A stretch of DNA of 64,000 bases from Microbotryum violaceum. Lineage: Eukaryota. This document shows, piece after piece, positions 50,213-62,142 of this stretch. The stretch covers positions 558,001 to 622,000 of the forward strand of contig CDLV01000010.1 of assembly GCA_001244265.2 (NCBI GenBank). Direction: 5' to 3'. The translations under genes were made by a program, and so were the position numbers. The stretch's first letter is position 1; each line of letters starts with the position of its first letter. Under the pieces are notes generated by a model, which had not been told where the DNA came from, did not search any database, and saw only the letters and a program-made list of their open reading frames with translations.

Positions 50213-53200
50213 ATGTCCAACAGCCCACCTTCGACGACCGAATCGGGCTCATCGACGCCTGTCTCGTCCGTGTCGCACTCGAACCAGTCACTCACCAGTT
50301 CGCTGCTAAGGGGTCAGTCCGGCCTCCAGCCTGGGGAATGTCCACTGCGCTGCCCTCGCCGTGCTGTACGAATCGCTTACTGACGAAACCGTGTCCCGTT
50401 TCCCCCAGCTAAACCGTATCGGTTCGCTACACAATGCGCCACCGTCGACAACCCGGACCCCTCGCACCGGGACCAGTACGGCTCGTCGTCGGTGCCCATT
50501 TACCAGACCGCAACCTTCAAGGGCATGGGCGGGCAGTACGACTACACCCGCTCCGGCAACCCTACTCGCAGTCATCTCGGTTAGTGAACGGCTACGGTGT
50601 TGACCCATGGTCTACTCGTGTGTGTGTGTCGGCGCATTCCGTAGCTACTGCTGCTGCTGCTCGAGGACCGACCACTCGCTCACTGCTGGCTTCTCGACCG
50701 ATGGCGACATTGCTGCCCGCCCGTCGCCCCGCCGCGCTCGGCCGGAACACGGCTCAACGGGCTTAGGGTCCGGCCGTGCCTCCGAACACACATCTTCGGC
50801 GATCATGGATCATCCTTCTTTCTACAACGCCCAAAGGTTGCCTCGCAGCACATCCCTGACGCCCCATCTCTGACCACCGCGCACAGAACATCACATCGCC
50901 AAGATCTCGTCCGCCCGCTACGCCTTCGCCGTCACCTCGGGCATGGGCGCGCTCGATGTCATATTCCGACTGCTTAAACCAGGCGACTCCATTATCGCCG
51001 GCAACGATCTCTACGGCGGGTCGAACCGTCTCTTGACCTATCTCAAGGCCCACAACGGCATTCACACCCACCACCTCGGCACGACCCGTCCCGACACCCT
51101 GCTACCCGTGCTGCAAAACCCGGACGAGAAAGTCGCCATGGTCCTGCTCGAAACGCCGACCAACCCCCTGTTGCAGATCGTCGACATCGCCGCCATCGCC
51201 CAGCTCGTGCGCAGGTACAAGCCCGACGCCGTCATCGTCGTCGACAACACCATGATGAGCCCTTACCTCCAACGGCCGCTCGAGCACGGCGCCGACGTCG
51301 TGTACGATTCGGGCACAAAGTACCTCTCGGGTCACCACGATCTCATGGCCGGTGTCATTTGCTGCAACAGGGACGATGTCGCCAAGGTCAGCATCTGTGA
51401 CAGTGACTGGATAGACTGGACTTAGCTGACTATTGCATTCACACCGCGCAGCGTATTGCCTTTACCATCAATTCGATCGGCAACGGTCTGCCCCCCTTTG
51501 ACGCGTTCCTCTTGCTTCGAGGTGTCAAGACGCTCGCGCTCCGTCTCGACAAGCAACAAGCCACATCCCAACTCGTCGCCGAATACCTCGACGACCTCGG
51601 CTTCAAGGTCAACTACCCAGGTCTCAAGAACCATCCCGGCAAGGCGATCCACGACCGACTCGCCAGTGGTGCTGGGGCCGTGCTCTCCTTCGAAACCAAG
51701 GACAAGGCTCTGTCGGAGAGGATCGTAGGGGCGGCGAGACTGTGGGGGATCAGTGTCAGCTTTGGTTGCGTCAACAGTCTCATCTCGATGCCGTGCTTGA
51801 TGAGTCATGCCTCGATCGACCCCAAAGTCCGGAAGGAACGGAACTTGCCGGAGGACTTGATCCGGTTGTGCGTCGGCATCGAGGACCCCGAGGATCTGAT
51901 CGATGATCTTGAAGCGGCGTTGCTCGAAGCCGGTGCGGTCAGGGTCGTTGATGAGGCGGGAGAGCGCCACAAACTCGAGCGAGTAGTCTGCCCGGACGAG
52001 GCACCGCTCGCGAGTCTGTCCTTGAGCGAAGGCGCACAGGTCGAGGAGGAGCTCGAAAGTCTGATCGTCTCGGCCCCAGGCAAGGTCATCCTCTTTGGTG
52101 AACACGCTGTCGTTCATGGGATCACGGCCATCGTCGGCTCGGTTGATCTTCGATGCTACGCCCATGTCGAGTCACGCCACGACGGCAAGGTCGCTCTCAA
52201 CCTGCCCGACTTTGATTTTACTGCTATATGGGACATCGCAACACTACCTTGGGACCAAGTGGAGGCATCGGCCAAAGCACCGAGACCCGAGTCGACCCCG
52301 GACGCGGCGTTGCTCTCCTTGCTCGCGGACAAGATCGTCCAGAGCCGCGAGCCCAAGGTCGTGCAATCCGAGCAGGCGTTCCTGTACCTCTACATGCACC
52401 TGTCGGAGCAGAAGCGGCTATCACAGACTTTCACGGTCCGGTCCGCACTACCCATCGGCGCCGGATTGGGGTCTTCGGCGGCCTTCTCGGTTTGTGTTGC
52501 CTCGGCACTGCTTTATACCCACTCCCAATTGCCCCTCCCGCGACTGAGCCCTGAAGGTCATCACGACGGTCGGCGGTCGATCGCGCACAACGCGGCCGAG
52601 GTCGTTAACGCATGGGCCTTCACGGCCGAGAAGATTATCCACGGCACCCCGTCAGGCGTCGACAACACGGTCGCTTCGTGGGGTGGTGCGATCGCCTTCA
52701 CCAAAGCCGTAAAAGGACGAGCCGGCTCGCTCGAAGGATTGCACGGGTTCAAGTCGATCCGGTTCCTGTTGACGGATACCAAAGTGTCGCGCAACACCAA
52801 GGCACTGGTCGAGGGTGTCGCTAAACGGAAATTGAACGAACCCGATTTGGTCAACCCGATCCTCTTGTCGATCCAAGCGATCGCGGACGAAGCGAGGAGA
52901 TGCCTCTTGGATACCGAGATGGGGAGGAAGGAGCAACTGAGGACGTTGGAAGGGTTGATCGATCAGAACCATGCGCATTTGGTCAGTTTGGGCGTTGGGC
53001 ATGCGGCCCTGGAAGCGATCAAAGCCAAGACGGGGGAGGAGCCGTGGAAGTTGCATACCAAGCTAACAGGAGCGGGTGGGGGAGGGTGTGCCGTGACGAT
53101 CATCCCTGATGGTGCGTATTAGTACTGCGATGAGAATCGATTGACGGCTTGAGCTTACTTGTGCAAGTTTGAGCGCACAGACTTTTCCGAGGCCGCTTTG

Positions 53201-53428
53201 GACGATGTCAAGGCCTCGCTCCACGACGCCGGGTTCGAGACCTATGAGACCAAAGTCGGTGGATCAGGGTTTGGTATCCTATCGCACAACAATTTGAATC
53301 GATCGGTCGTCGAGGCTGAGGGGGGTGCGGAGATGGCCGTGTTGCCCGATGTAGTGAGGTTCAAGCAAGCGCCGGCGAGCGAGTTGGCGGCTTGGGCTCA
53401 GGCCGAGTCAGGGTGGGCTTACGTTTGA
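50213..53428 (+). CDS. STR3-ERG12: Cystathionine beta-lyase fused to mevalonate kinase; multi-exon
   Basis: YDYTRSGNPTR, ETPTNP, DSGTKYLSGHHD, LIRLCVGIED, then in the same exon SAPGKVILFGEHAVV, PIGAGLGSSA, HGTPSGVDN, KLTGAGGGG. Confidence 0.95.
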
Positions 53429-53717
53429 GTGACCTTGTTTTAAGCGTATTCTTCTCCCACTTTTTCTTTATTTTCGTTTTTCTTTTTCTCCCTTCTTTTG
53501 TCGCTGTGGGATTGTACAACATGACGAAATTGCTTCCTCAAGCCGAGAGAATGAATGGGCTAGAACGGGGTGCCTCGAGCTCGGGAGGAGGAGGTACGTG
53601 CACGCGCGCAGGAGGCTCTACCGTTTGCTCTGGTCTGTTGCATGTGGTCTCCTTCGTCACCAGCCGACGAGTGATCCGTGCACGGTGTCGTCGTCGTTTG
53701 CTCTTGCGTAGGACCGA

Positions 53718-55367
53718 ATGGCTCGACCCAGTGTTGCTGGAGGGGCGTTGCTCGATCCAGCGTTTGACGATGACGAGCATCCGCTGCGACACGAACACCA
53801 ATTGCAAGGCGACGCGTATGGCGAGCATGACCCTGACCAATCCTTTGACGAGCTGGACGTCGATGGCTTTGGCGGACACTTCTCACACCACGACGCACTG
53901 GGTGATCAGCTTGGTCCGGGGTTTGGATCGATGCTCGATACACTTGGTGATGGGGACGATGGACTCCTTGTTGAACGGTTCGACGATGACGACCGCGACC
54001 GAAGCTACGTAGAGGATGATGATGATGAGCTCGAACGGACCAGCACCACCACACCAGGAGATCCCGCAGCAAGTCCAAGTCGAAGATCTCGTTCCATGAA
54101 CCATCATCGAACGCCCTCACGCTCGCACGCCAATGGGATCGTACAGGACGATGGGCACCTCTCGCTCGCGTTTGAGCTCGCTTCGGCGCAATCGCCTGCT
54201 CGAGCACCGAATGACCGCGACTTGATGAGGCAGCTGGGATTCGATGAGGAGGATCAAGTCGGGGACGATCACGAACCAAATGAGGACGCACAGAGTCACG
54301 ATCGCAGCTTCGACGACCAAGATGAGCATCACGGCGCACTACAGGCCGAGGTCGAAGACGTCCTTCCTCGCTCGACCTCGAACTCACCCGAGCATCCTTC
54401 CTCGCCGAGTCGACAATCGACCCTCGGTCGTCGATCAATCATTTCAAGATCGAATAACCACATGTCAAGAGCTTCCATCGCTTCCTTTGCGACCATGTTC
54501 GATGCCCAACCCGACCCAGTCGACCTTGAAGCCGTCCTGGCCGAAGCGAGCGAGCAAGTCAACGAGTCGAATCTGATCGTCACGAGCTTTTTGAACCATC
54601 TCAAGAGGCATACCACGAACGAGGTCACACCTGAACATGAAGACGATAAGGAAGACTTCTGGATCGATCGACAACCCGTCATCGAGGTACTCGCCAATAC
54701 TTTACTTCGCTCGCTGCATGAACGGACGAAAACATGTCAGAGCCAATGGAGGGAATTGGCCGAGATCGAGCGCGCTCTCGCCAAGAATGATGTCGGTTGG
54801 CAAGCGACTTTGGGTCGATTGGACGATATCTTGTGGACTTCTGATGAGGAGGAGGAGGAAGAGGATGAAGGGCAGGAGGAAGGTGATTGTTCAGAGGAGA
54901 GAAAACAGGACGGCGCCTTGACCTCGATACCACCGACGATCCCCGGTTCAGAACCGAACGATCCCACTCCGCTTCCACCTCCGCACCGCGCAAAACATAG
55001 ACCTCCCCAGATCTCACCCACCACGACGGCAGTTGAAGAATTGACGACCTTGCGCAACGTCACCGCCTCCCTCACGGACTCGCTCTCGTCCGTGCACGAG
55101 ATGACTCAAGTCAATCACGCCGCGGCGGGGGATACCTCGCGCAAATTACGAGCTCTGCGGGCGCAAGCGACGACACTGCGTGATGAATTGAACGCTTGGG
55201 AACGGGCGGAGGAGTTCGTTGCGCATCGGGAGGAGGAGAAGACGAATGGAGGCAGCTTGAGTTGGAGGGAGAACATCGCTTCATTGGCGAGGGAGGAGAT
55301 GAGAGAGGCTGAGACGCTGTTAAATGAGGCGTGGGACAAGGCGACGAGCATGTTATGCGTTCGATGA
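53718..55367 (+). CDS. Hypothetical protein, 549 aa; acidic N-terminus, helical/coiled-coil C-terminus
   Basis: Long uninterrupted ORF with protein-like composition. Confidence 0.8.
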   Translation: MARPSVAGGALLDPAFDDDEHPLRHEHQLQGDAYGEHDPDQSFDELDVDGFGGHFSHHDALGDQLGPGFGSMLDTLGDGDDGLLVERFDDDDRDRSYVEDDDDELERTSTTTPGDPAASPSRRSRSMNHHRTPSRSHANGIVQDDGHLSLAFELASAQSPARAPNDRDLMRQLGFDEEDQVGDDHEPNEDAQSHDRSFDDQDEHHGALQAEVEDVLPRSTSNSPEHPSSPSRQSTLGRRSIISRSNNHMSRASIASFATMFDAQPDPVDLEAVLAEASEQVNESNLIVTSFLNHLKRHTTNEVTPEHEDDKEDFWIDRQPVIEVLANTLLRSLHERTKTCQSQWRELAEIERALAKNDVGWQATLGRLDDILWTSDEEEEEEDEGQEEGDCSEERKQDGALTSIPPTIPGSEPNDPTPLPPPHRAKHRPPQISPTTTAVEELTTLRNVTASLTDSLSSVHEMTQVNHAAAGDTSRKLRALRAQATTLRDELNAWERAEEFVAHREEEKTNGGSLSWRENIASLAREEMREAETLLNEAWDKATSMLCVR

Positions 55368-55811
55368 AGGGGTGTTGGTCGAGTTGAAGAATTTGGATAC
55401 CACGGGTGTCTTGCATATCCTGTTCTTTTGTTTTGTGTTCGCGCATTTATCTTCGTTGCACAGTTTTCGTTCTTGAGTACTCTACCTTCTACATGTCTCA
55501 GGTTGCATTCGCATTCAGTGTTTTTGCTTCCGCCTCCGAGTCGTGACTTCTTTCCATGAGATCTGACTCTCCGAGTCGGTCCACAACTGCGCAGTCAAGC
55601 GTTTCACAGACCGCGGATGAAGAGTGGTGAAGCTAAGCCAATATATTCAAACACAAAGATACGAAGGATGTACAGCCGTGATGACGAGTGAAGAAAATAG
55701 TTCAACATTTTGAAGGTCAAAAATGCTCGTGAATTTGGGTACTGATAAACTTTCGCCCAACCTTTCTATTCTACCTTGCTCCACGTGAGGATCCTCGCGC
55801 GAAAATCGGTA

Positions 55812-58151
55812 TCAGTGATTGAGTCCTAATAGTTCTCGCGGGTGCGAACGTACCGATACCGCACGACTCGCAAAACACTTGGGTTGGAGCCATGGCCAGC
55901 GATGGGACCAGAGGTTCTTGCTGTAGGACACTCCGACCCCTTTGAAAGCTCGCTTGTCCATCGAAGCCTGCTCCTCGGTGACATCTATCCCTTCTTTATT
56001 GTCCTCGAGGGCCGGTAGAGCACCCAACCAAGTCTTGGGATCATCAATCGGAAACGCCTCATCCAAGAACCCTTCAAGAAGCGAAGCGTTAAACGAATTG
56101 GCCTCGTCGAGATGATCATGTCTCTTGAGACGCGACGACCCCCCGATGGAAAAATCACCACCGGAGTACCCCGTTTTGACGCTGACCCCAATGGAGAGGT
56201 ACGAGTCGACCTCGGTCGTTTCACTATGGACGATTTGGCCGCAGGGTTTGGTGCCCGGAGAGTTGAGTCCGATGTCTGGAGAAGGGAGGCCAGGAACTTG
56301 GAGTCTACGACAATGTGCTGGACGCAGATAAGGATGCGGGGCTTACGAAATGACAATGAGGGGAATTTGAACTGCACGGCGGCCAAAGTGAAAGCTGCAG
56401 CGCCCCGTCTTTAGCAATTTGTCTTCCCGGATTGATACAATACCGAGACGTACACATCTTGAACAACGACACTGAAAACCCGATCCCACTGCTGATACCC
56501 CCGGCCAAAACTCCATGACCATTCCCAACGAAGTCGATCGGCTGCTTGATGAGCTGAGGCGACCAACTGCCTGTTGAAGCGTCATTGGGACCCAAGAAGT
56601 CGAAGTATACCATGGCCCCATCAGGAATCTCGATGTCGACCCCCGTCCCTAGTTCGAATTCCCCGTCGAGCTTGGAGGTGGCAAAGCCATAGCCCGTTTT
56701 GAGCTGGGCCCCAGCCCAGAATATATTCGGGATTTCAAAGGTGAAGCCGGGGATGGCGAGGGTGGCGAGGGTTCGACCCCAAGCGAAGGAGGCAGGTGTC
56801 TTCCCCTAGTCAAAATGAGTAGGAGTCTTAGTCACCTTACTTCAAGGCTCGACGGCAGGCGGAAGTCCCGCGGCTGCACAGCTCGGGCCGGCGGAAGTCC
56901 CGCGGATGCACAGCTCGGGCCGGCACGAACACACCCGAACAGCGAAGCGGACTAACCTTGACGTTGAAATCGAGTTTAGCCTTGGCACCGACATTGTGAG
57001 CCGTCATCGACACACCAACTCGTATAGGAGTACTACCGCTCACACGAAGTACAAAGTGAACGCCCAACGAACCGTGAATCGAACACCCTTTGCAGTGACT
57101 CGAAGCACTGATGCCCGGTTGAGCGGCCACGGGATGGGCGCTCAAGCCCGCCGAGCCGAATGAGACGGCGAGTCGTTTCCGCCCGATGAGGTAGTCCCAT
57201 ATGTTCCTCAAAGGGTTCCATATATTCTTTTTGAAAGACCAACTCTCCGTCTGGAACGACGGGACGGGGTTGGAAAACCGACGGAAGTCGAATTTTCCAC
57301 CGCGGTCCATTCGGCCCGCGGCTGAACGACGGCGTACCGAGCGGGCCAACTTGAAGTCACTGATCAACTTCGGGGACGGGGACGGATCTCCGACTTCGAG
57401 CGTGAATGTGTGCGCGGCTTCTTTCCAGATCTTGGTGGCCCCTTGCAGCGTGATCGTTGAAGAAGCGGCATCTGTGACGAGGGTGTGGAAGTGGAAAGGC
57501 TTGAAGTTGCCTTCGTCGGTCAGGCAACCTTGCCAGTGTGTGAACAGAACGAATATATGGTCGGGGTGCGAGTTGACCCAAGACCAAGACGTAGCAGCGT
57601 ACGAAAAGACTTCTCGCGATTTGAACTCGATCCTGGTCTCGATAGACCCGCATTCGACATGTGCGACCAGAGAGGCGAAACGTTGCATGTTGAGCACCTG
57701 CTTCGAACCGAAGTCGGATATCAATCAGCAGAGCCTTCGGGCACGTGACTAGCGAAGAACTGGCCCACCTTTTCGGTTCCATGGGTGTCGAGTTCCATCA
57801 CAGCCATCATGCTCTCACCAGTTCGACCTGTGTGAAGTGGAGATGTCGACAGGGGTGTCAGGGGTGAGCGCTGAGCGTTGCGCACGCCGTCGGTCCGTCG
57901 CTTCCCGACCCTTCAGGGGAGCTATGGACCGCACCTTTCTCACCAGCCCAGACGAAGATTTCTTGATCCTGTAGATCGAGCGCAGAGGACAAGGCTGCAA
58001 GATCGGGAGTTCCGGTATGCTCAACCGCCATAGGATAGAAGGTATCATCCGGAGGCTCATGCTCCGTAGCGTAGAGTGGATAGGGGGTCAGTTTATCGGT
58101 TCGAGCGACAGCAGCGAGGCATATCGCCGCGATCCAGATCGAGATCAACAT
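55812..58151 (-). CDS. Secreted beta-rich hypothetical protein; multi-exon, 3' end approximate
   Basis: Signal peptide MLISIWIAAICLAAVA; exons with WSWVN..HWQGC and CKGCSIHG; GT-AG introns. Confidence 0.7.
56858..56924. repeat. 32-bp GC-rich tandem duplication in a probable intron
   Basis: GGCGGAAGTCCCGCGG(C/A)TGCACAGCTCGGGCC x2. Confidence 0.9.
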
Positions 58152-59387
58152 ATCGGCGCGGAATGGGGGCTCAAGTGTCGAAAAGAGGTACAGTAAAGTC
58201 GGAGCTCGAGCGACCGAGATGCTTGAAGAAGGGAAAAAGGAAGCGAGTGGCACAGTTAGAGATAGGACGGTAATCTCGGCTGGTGGCCGCTCTCTTCGGC
58301 AGATTGGCGAAAACATGCGAGTAGCCCCTTTCGCACGCCATTGTGGGGATTTGCATTGGCTCCATTCCGTGGGAGCCGCGCGGACACGTTTGAGCAGCGA
58401 TAACAGCCTATGCCCCATCAAAGCTGTGTCTCCTCTCACCGGAATAGTCCGTGCGGATGACACGTGGCGTAAGTTTCAAGAGCGTGACCACAACCCAACA
58501 GCCGCTAGCTTTCACATCATCGCAGTGTGGTTCGGCAACACGTGGCAAACTTGAGCATATTCAATATTTTATCGGTACATAAATTTTCCAAGGGAGAAAA
58601 TGAGCTGGCAGATACATCCTGAACGAGACGCTCGGGACCGCTGAGTGTCCGATCAATTGAGGATCGTCGGCCAGAGGGGCTGCACTGCCGTCGCCGATAG
58701 TGAAATCATTGATGTGCCAAACCGCGAGACAGGACACACAAGAAGGTGGCTAGTGGAAGACAGCTTCGATTGGACGTTCATCACAGGTTTAGATGGACGG
58801 CATCGCGTTCCCCCTGGCCTCCTCTGACTTCATGCGCGATCTCGCTCTCCCCTTTGTAAGATCGCCCGCCACTCTGCCCGGACCACTAAGCGGATTGATT
58901 GCTAGACTGGCGACGACGTGGATTTTGATTAGCTGAAGATCCATGAACGCGGCCAGCCTGATATGATCAGGCACAAAACCGGCACTGATCACCAAGAGTA
59001 GCGGCACAGATCGGACTCGGTGCGGCAGGAGCTGCCGGTGCACGGACGGAGGTGCCGAGGGTGAGGGTGCCGTGGGCGCCAAGTCGGCCGCGAATGGTCC
59101 AGACAGGGGTGAGGGGCGGATCTTTGTTGATGCACCGGCCAGATGTTCGTAGATGCACGCGAGCGAGAGAAGTGCGTCAAATCGAAGTTGGGTTCCGGCC
59201 ACGACGGTATACCATAGTATTTCATTCGGAGATTTGCACGGCCGAGCCGCCGAGTCCACTGCGGAGACCTCCCCGTCGTCCCAGCACTCGTCAAGCCGCT
59301 GCTACTCCGCTGTAAGCCCGATCTTGCTCTCGCAGCCGACCGGCGGCGTTCATCGATCCTCCCCGCGTCCCGACTCGAGTGGCAGCG

Positions 59388-60374
59388 ATGGCAGTAAGTG
59401 TATACTCACTCGCATTTGCAGCTCTGTATTCGCTGACGATGATGACCGAGTCGCTTTGCAATCGCGTCGCGTCGCGTCACGTGTCCATTTCGCGCCTCTT
59501 TCGCAAACGCAGGACGACCGCTTCTGCTACCTGCACATGCCGGAGATGCTCTCGAGCCAGATACTATTGGACGAGGAGGATGCCAAACTGGGCTGGGACT
59601 TGCCTCATGATGGTCAGTCGATGTAGGTCCTCCTTGCGATATCCAACTTGGCTGCTGATTTATGATCACCCCTTGTGCAGACATCATCGTACCTGCCCAC
59701 CTGTTACCTTCATATCAAGACGAAGACGACGAAAGTTAGTATATCGTGCTAGCTATTGAGGGCTTCCAACCGAGGGCTTCCAACCGACCCTCGCTTCCAA
59801 TGACTGATGATCGTGTTCTTTCACGTCTTCCTCAATCAGCAATCCTCCCCTCGTCAGCTCATCCGTCGTACCCCTACGGCAACCCATACACCCGACCGCG
59901 CGCAGCTCTTCGACACCTTACTCTCGTCCTTCCCAGGCCGCATTCCTCTCCCGCGGGGGTGGCGGCGGCGACGGCGGAGCAAGTGGTGGACACGGAAGCA
60001 GCTCGTCGAACCGTTTCGCCGCCGCTCGGTCGCTCGGTCCCCTCTTGCCCGGGGCCAAAGCCACAGCCAACGGTCCAGGATCGTTAGCGACAACACTGTC
60101 AAATCTCGAACTACGAGGCCTCTTCCAAACCACGACCTTGGGGGATGCACAAGACCGAGAATGGGGCGAGATGGGTATAGCCTCCTTGCTCGGGATCGAA
60201 GAAGGGTCGGGGTTGAACGACGATCCGGAGACTTTGTTGAGGAATGCTGGGATCGCTTCGACCGATGGACCGGGGGCGAATGGGGCGGGTGGGATGGATC
60301 CTTCTGCGGGTGGGGAAGCTCAGGGACAGAATGCCGGCGATCACCCTGATACCGAGGAGGAAGAGGAAGAATAG
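59388..60374 (+). CDS. APC13: Anaphase-promoting complex subunit 13-like; multi-exon
   Basis: Spliced MADDRFCYLHM...LPHDDIIVP...DEDDE and EWGEMGIASLL resemble Apc13/Swm1 motifs. Confidence 0.65.
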
Positions 60375-60503
60375 ACGGCTTTGTTGGAGGATGGTCGTCC
60401 ATGCACTGTGTCTGCAACAAAAGCTCCCGCACATGTTGTATCGACTCTTCACTTGTTGTAACACGTGATATCTCTTCTTACCACCACAACCGGCGAGCAG
60501 AAT

Positions 60504-60568
60504 CTCGCCTGTCCCGGCTGTCGGCGAGACGAATCCTGCTCGCCTGTCCCGGCTGTCGGCGAGACGAA
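60504..60568. repeat. 30-bp hairpin-forming direct repeat between convergent genes
   Basis: CTCGCCTGTCCCGGCTGTCGGCGAGACGAA at 60504 and 60539. Confidence 0.9.
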
Positions 60569-60651
60569 CTCTTTCGAGATCGCATCCATCTCAATTCTGT
60601 GTTACAACAACGGGTAGTTTACGGCATACGACACATAGTCCATTCACTACA

Positions 60652-61880
60652 TCACTCCAGTACCCATTGCCTCACAAGTGCACACCTTCCAGCTTCCGGA
60701 TGTAGCAAGATTGTCGTCAACCAATACGCTAACTGCGCTCGTCGGCGGTCTAAGAACGAGGGTCGGTACTTGGCTAATGACGACAGGGTGTTGCACACAG
60801 GCTCGGGCTGGGTAAGTATGAGAAGATACACGACTTTTGTGTTTTTGAACTCACCCAAGGAGTTTTTTGGGGGTAATCGCGGCACCCAGCCTCGGAAGTG
60901 GGGGTATTCGCGAACGAGATCGGCTCTGAGCCGCACGAATGCTGAATAGCGCTTGTTCAGCTTGATCAGAGTCCCCTGTGAAAAAAGACGCAGCATAAAT
61001 GGTGTCTCCTCGATTCTCCCGAAAGTGAACGTTGACATACCTGAGGAGTGAAGATCTCGATCTCAAAGACGACGAAACCACCGGCATTCTGCGATCCGAC
61101 AGGATGAAAGCCCGTTATCCGCACATCGCGAGCGAAAGCGTGGTTCTCCCAATTTGTACAGTCCTCGAGTAGAACTCCAATGCGCTGTGGAGTGTTGGTT
61201 GGACCACCTCGCGTCAGCTTGGGAATGAGGGATAGGTATGCAGAGTAGGTTGGGAGGAGAACTGACCGAAGACCTTTGAGAATTCGTCGATGCGATCGAG
61301 GGCGGCCTCGGCCGGAAAATTTCATCCTGCAGAATAAGGAGGCTGCAAGCTCAGAATCTTGGATGGAATGCAAAGCAGGCACTGAACCTACATCACTACT
61401 AAAGTCGTCCTCGCTCGGAGGTTCCCCATCACGCTCGAGCAAGTCCGCGGAATGGGTACGCCTTAACAAGGCCGTCGTATGCGCGAAAGGGTGCTCACCG
61501 CTCGACCCGACCATCCCACTGGCATAGGAAGCACCCGATACCTCCTTCCATCTACCATTGCCCAACTTGCGCGGATTCGAGTCGTCTCGATCGATCACGG
61601 GACTGGCTGAACGATCGACCGCGCGCAAGTCCTCGACGCTGCCACGACTCCACTGCAGATTCCGACTCGAACTCCTCGGTCTTCCCATGCCGGGTCTTGA
61701 ACTCGAATGTACGCTTAGTCCTCGAGGAAGATGGATGTCCAGGGAGGCGTGCAAAAGGGACGCGGTGGCTTCGTTGATCATCGATGACGTCCCGCCGTCA
61801 TCTTCGTCGTTGCCATTGGGGCCGCCTAGCTTGAAGGTGGGCTGCATCGGCGACAACACATGGCGTGACGAGACGGCCAT
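60652..61880 (-). CDS. YPT35: PX-domain protein, Ypt35-like; multi-exon
   Basis: FARDVRITG; KRYSAFVRLR; VPRLPPK; FLDRRRAQLAYWLTTILLHPE..VRQWV. Confidence 0.8.
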
Positions 61881-62142
61881 CCTTTGAAGGCGTGAATGGA
61901 CGCTTGTCCAAGAAGTTGTGATCCCGGGATAAAGTGGAGTCGCGCACGGGACAGCGTCGGGGACGGCGAGGAAGCCGGGGAGCAGAAGCGGCCGTGGTCT
62001 GGTGACAAGGTGGGGCGGCAGCACCAAAGAGCTCGGAGCGCTCGGATCTCGTCTGACCTGAGCTTTCAAAAATACACGGGACAATCATTTGAAAGGGATT
62101 TCGGGCGATCGTATTGTATCACTAATCATAAAGTACACACTC

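Noticed and set aside
40945..53428. Metabolic gene cluster (ARG1, COQ6, STR3-ERG12, GT69)
   Set aside because: Unrelated housekeeping pathways interspersed with RDS3 and H3; no shared regulatory signal seen
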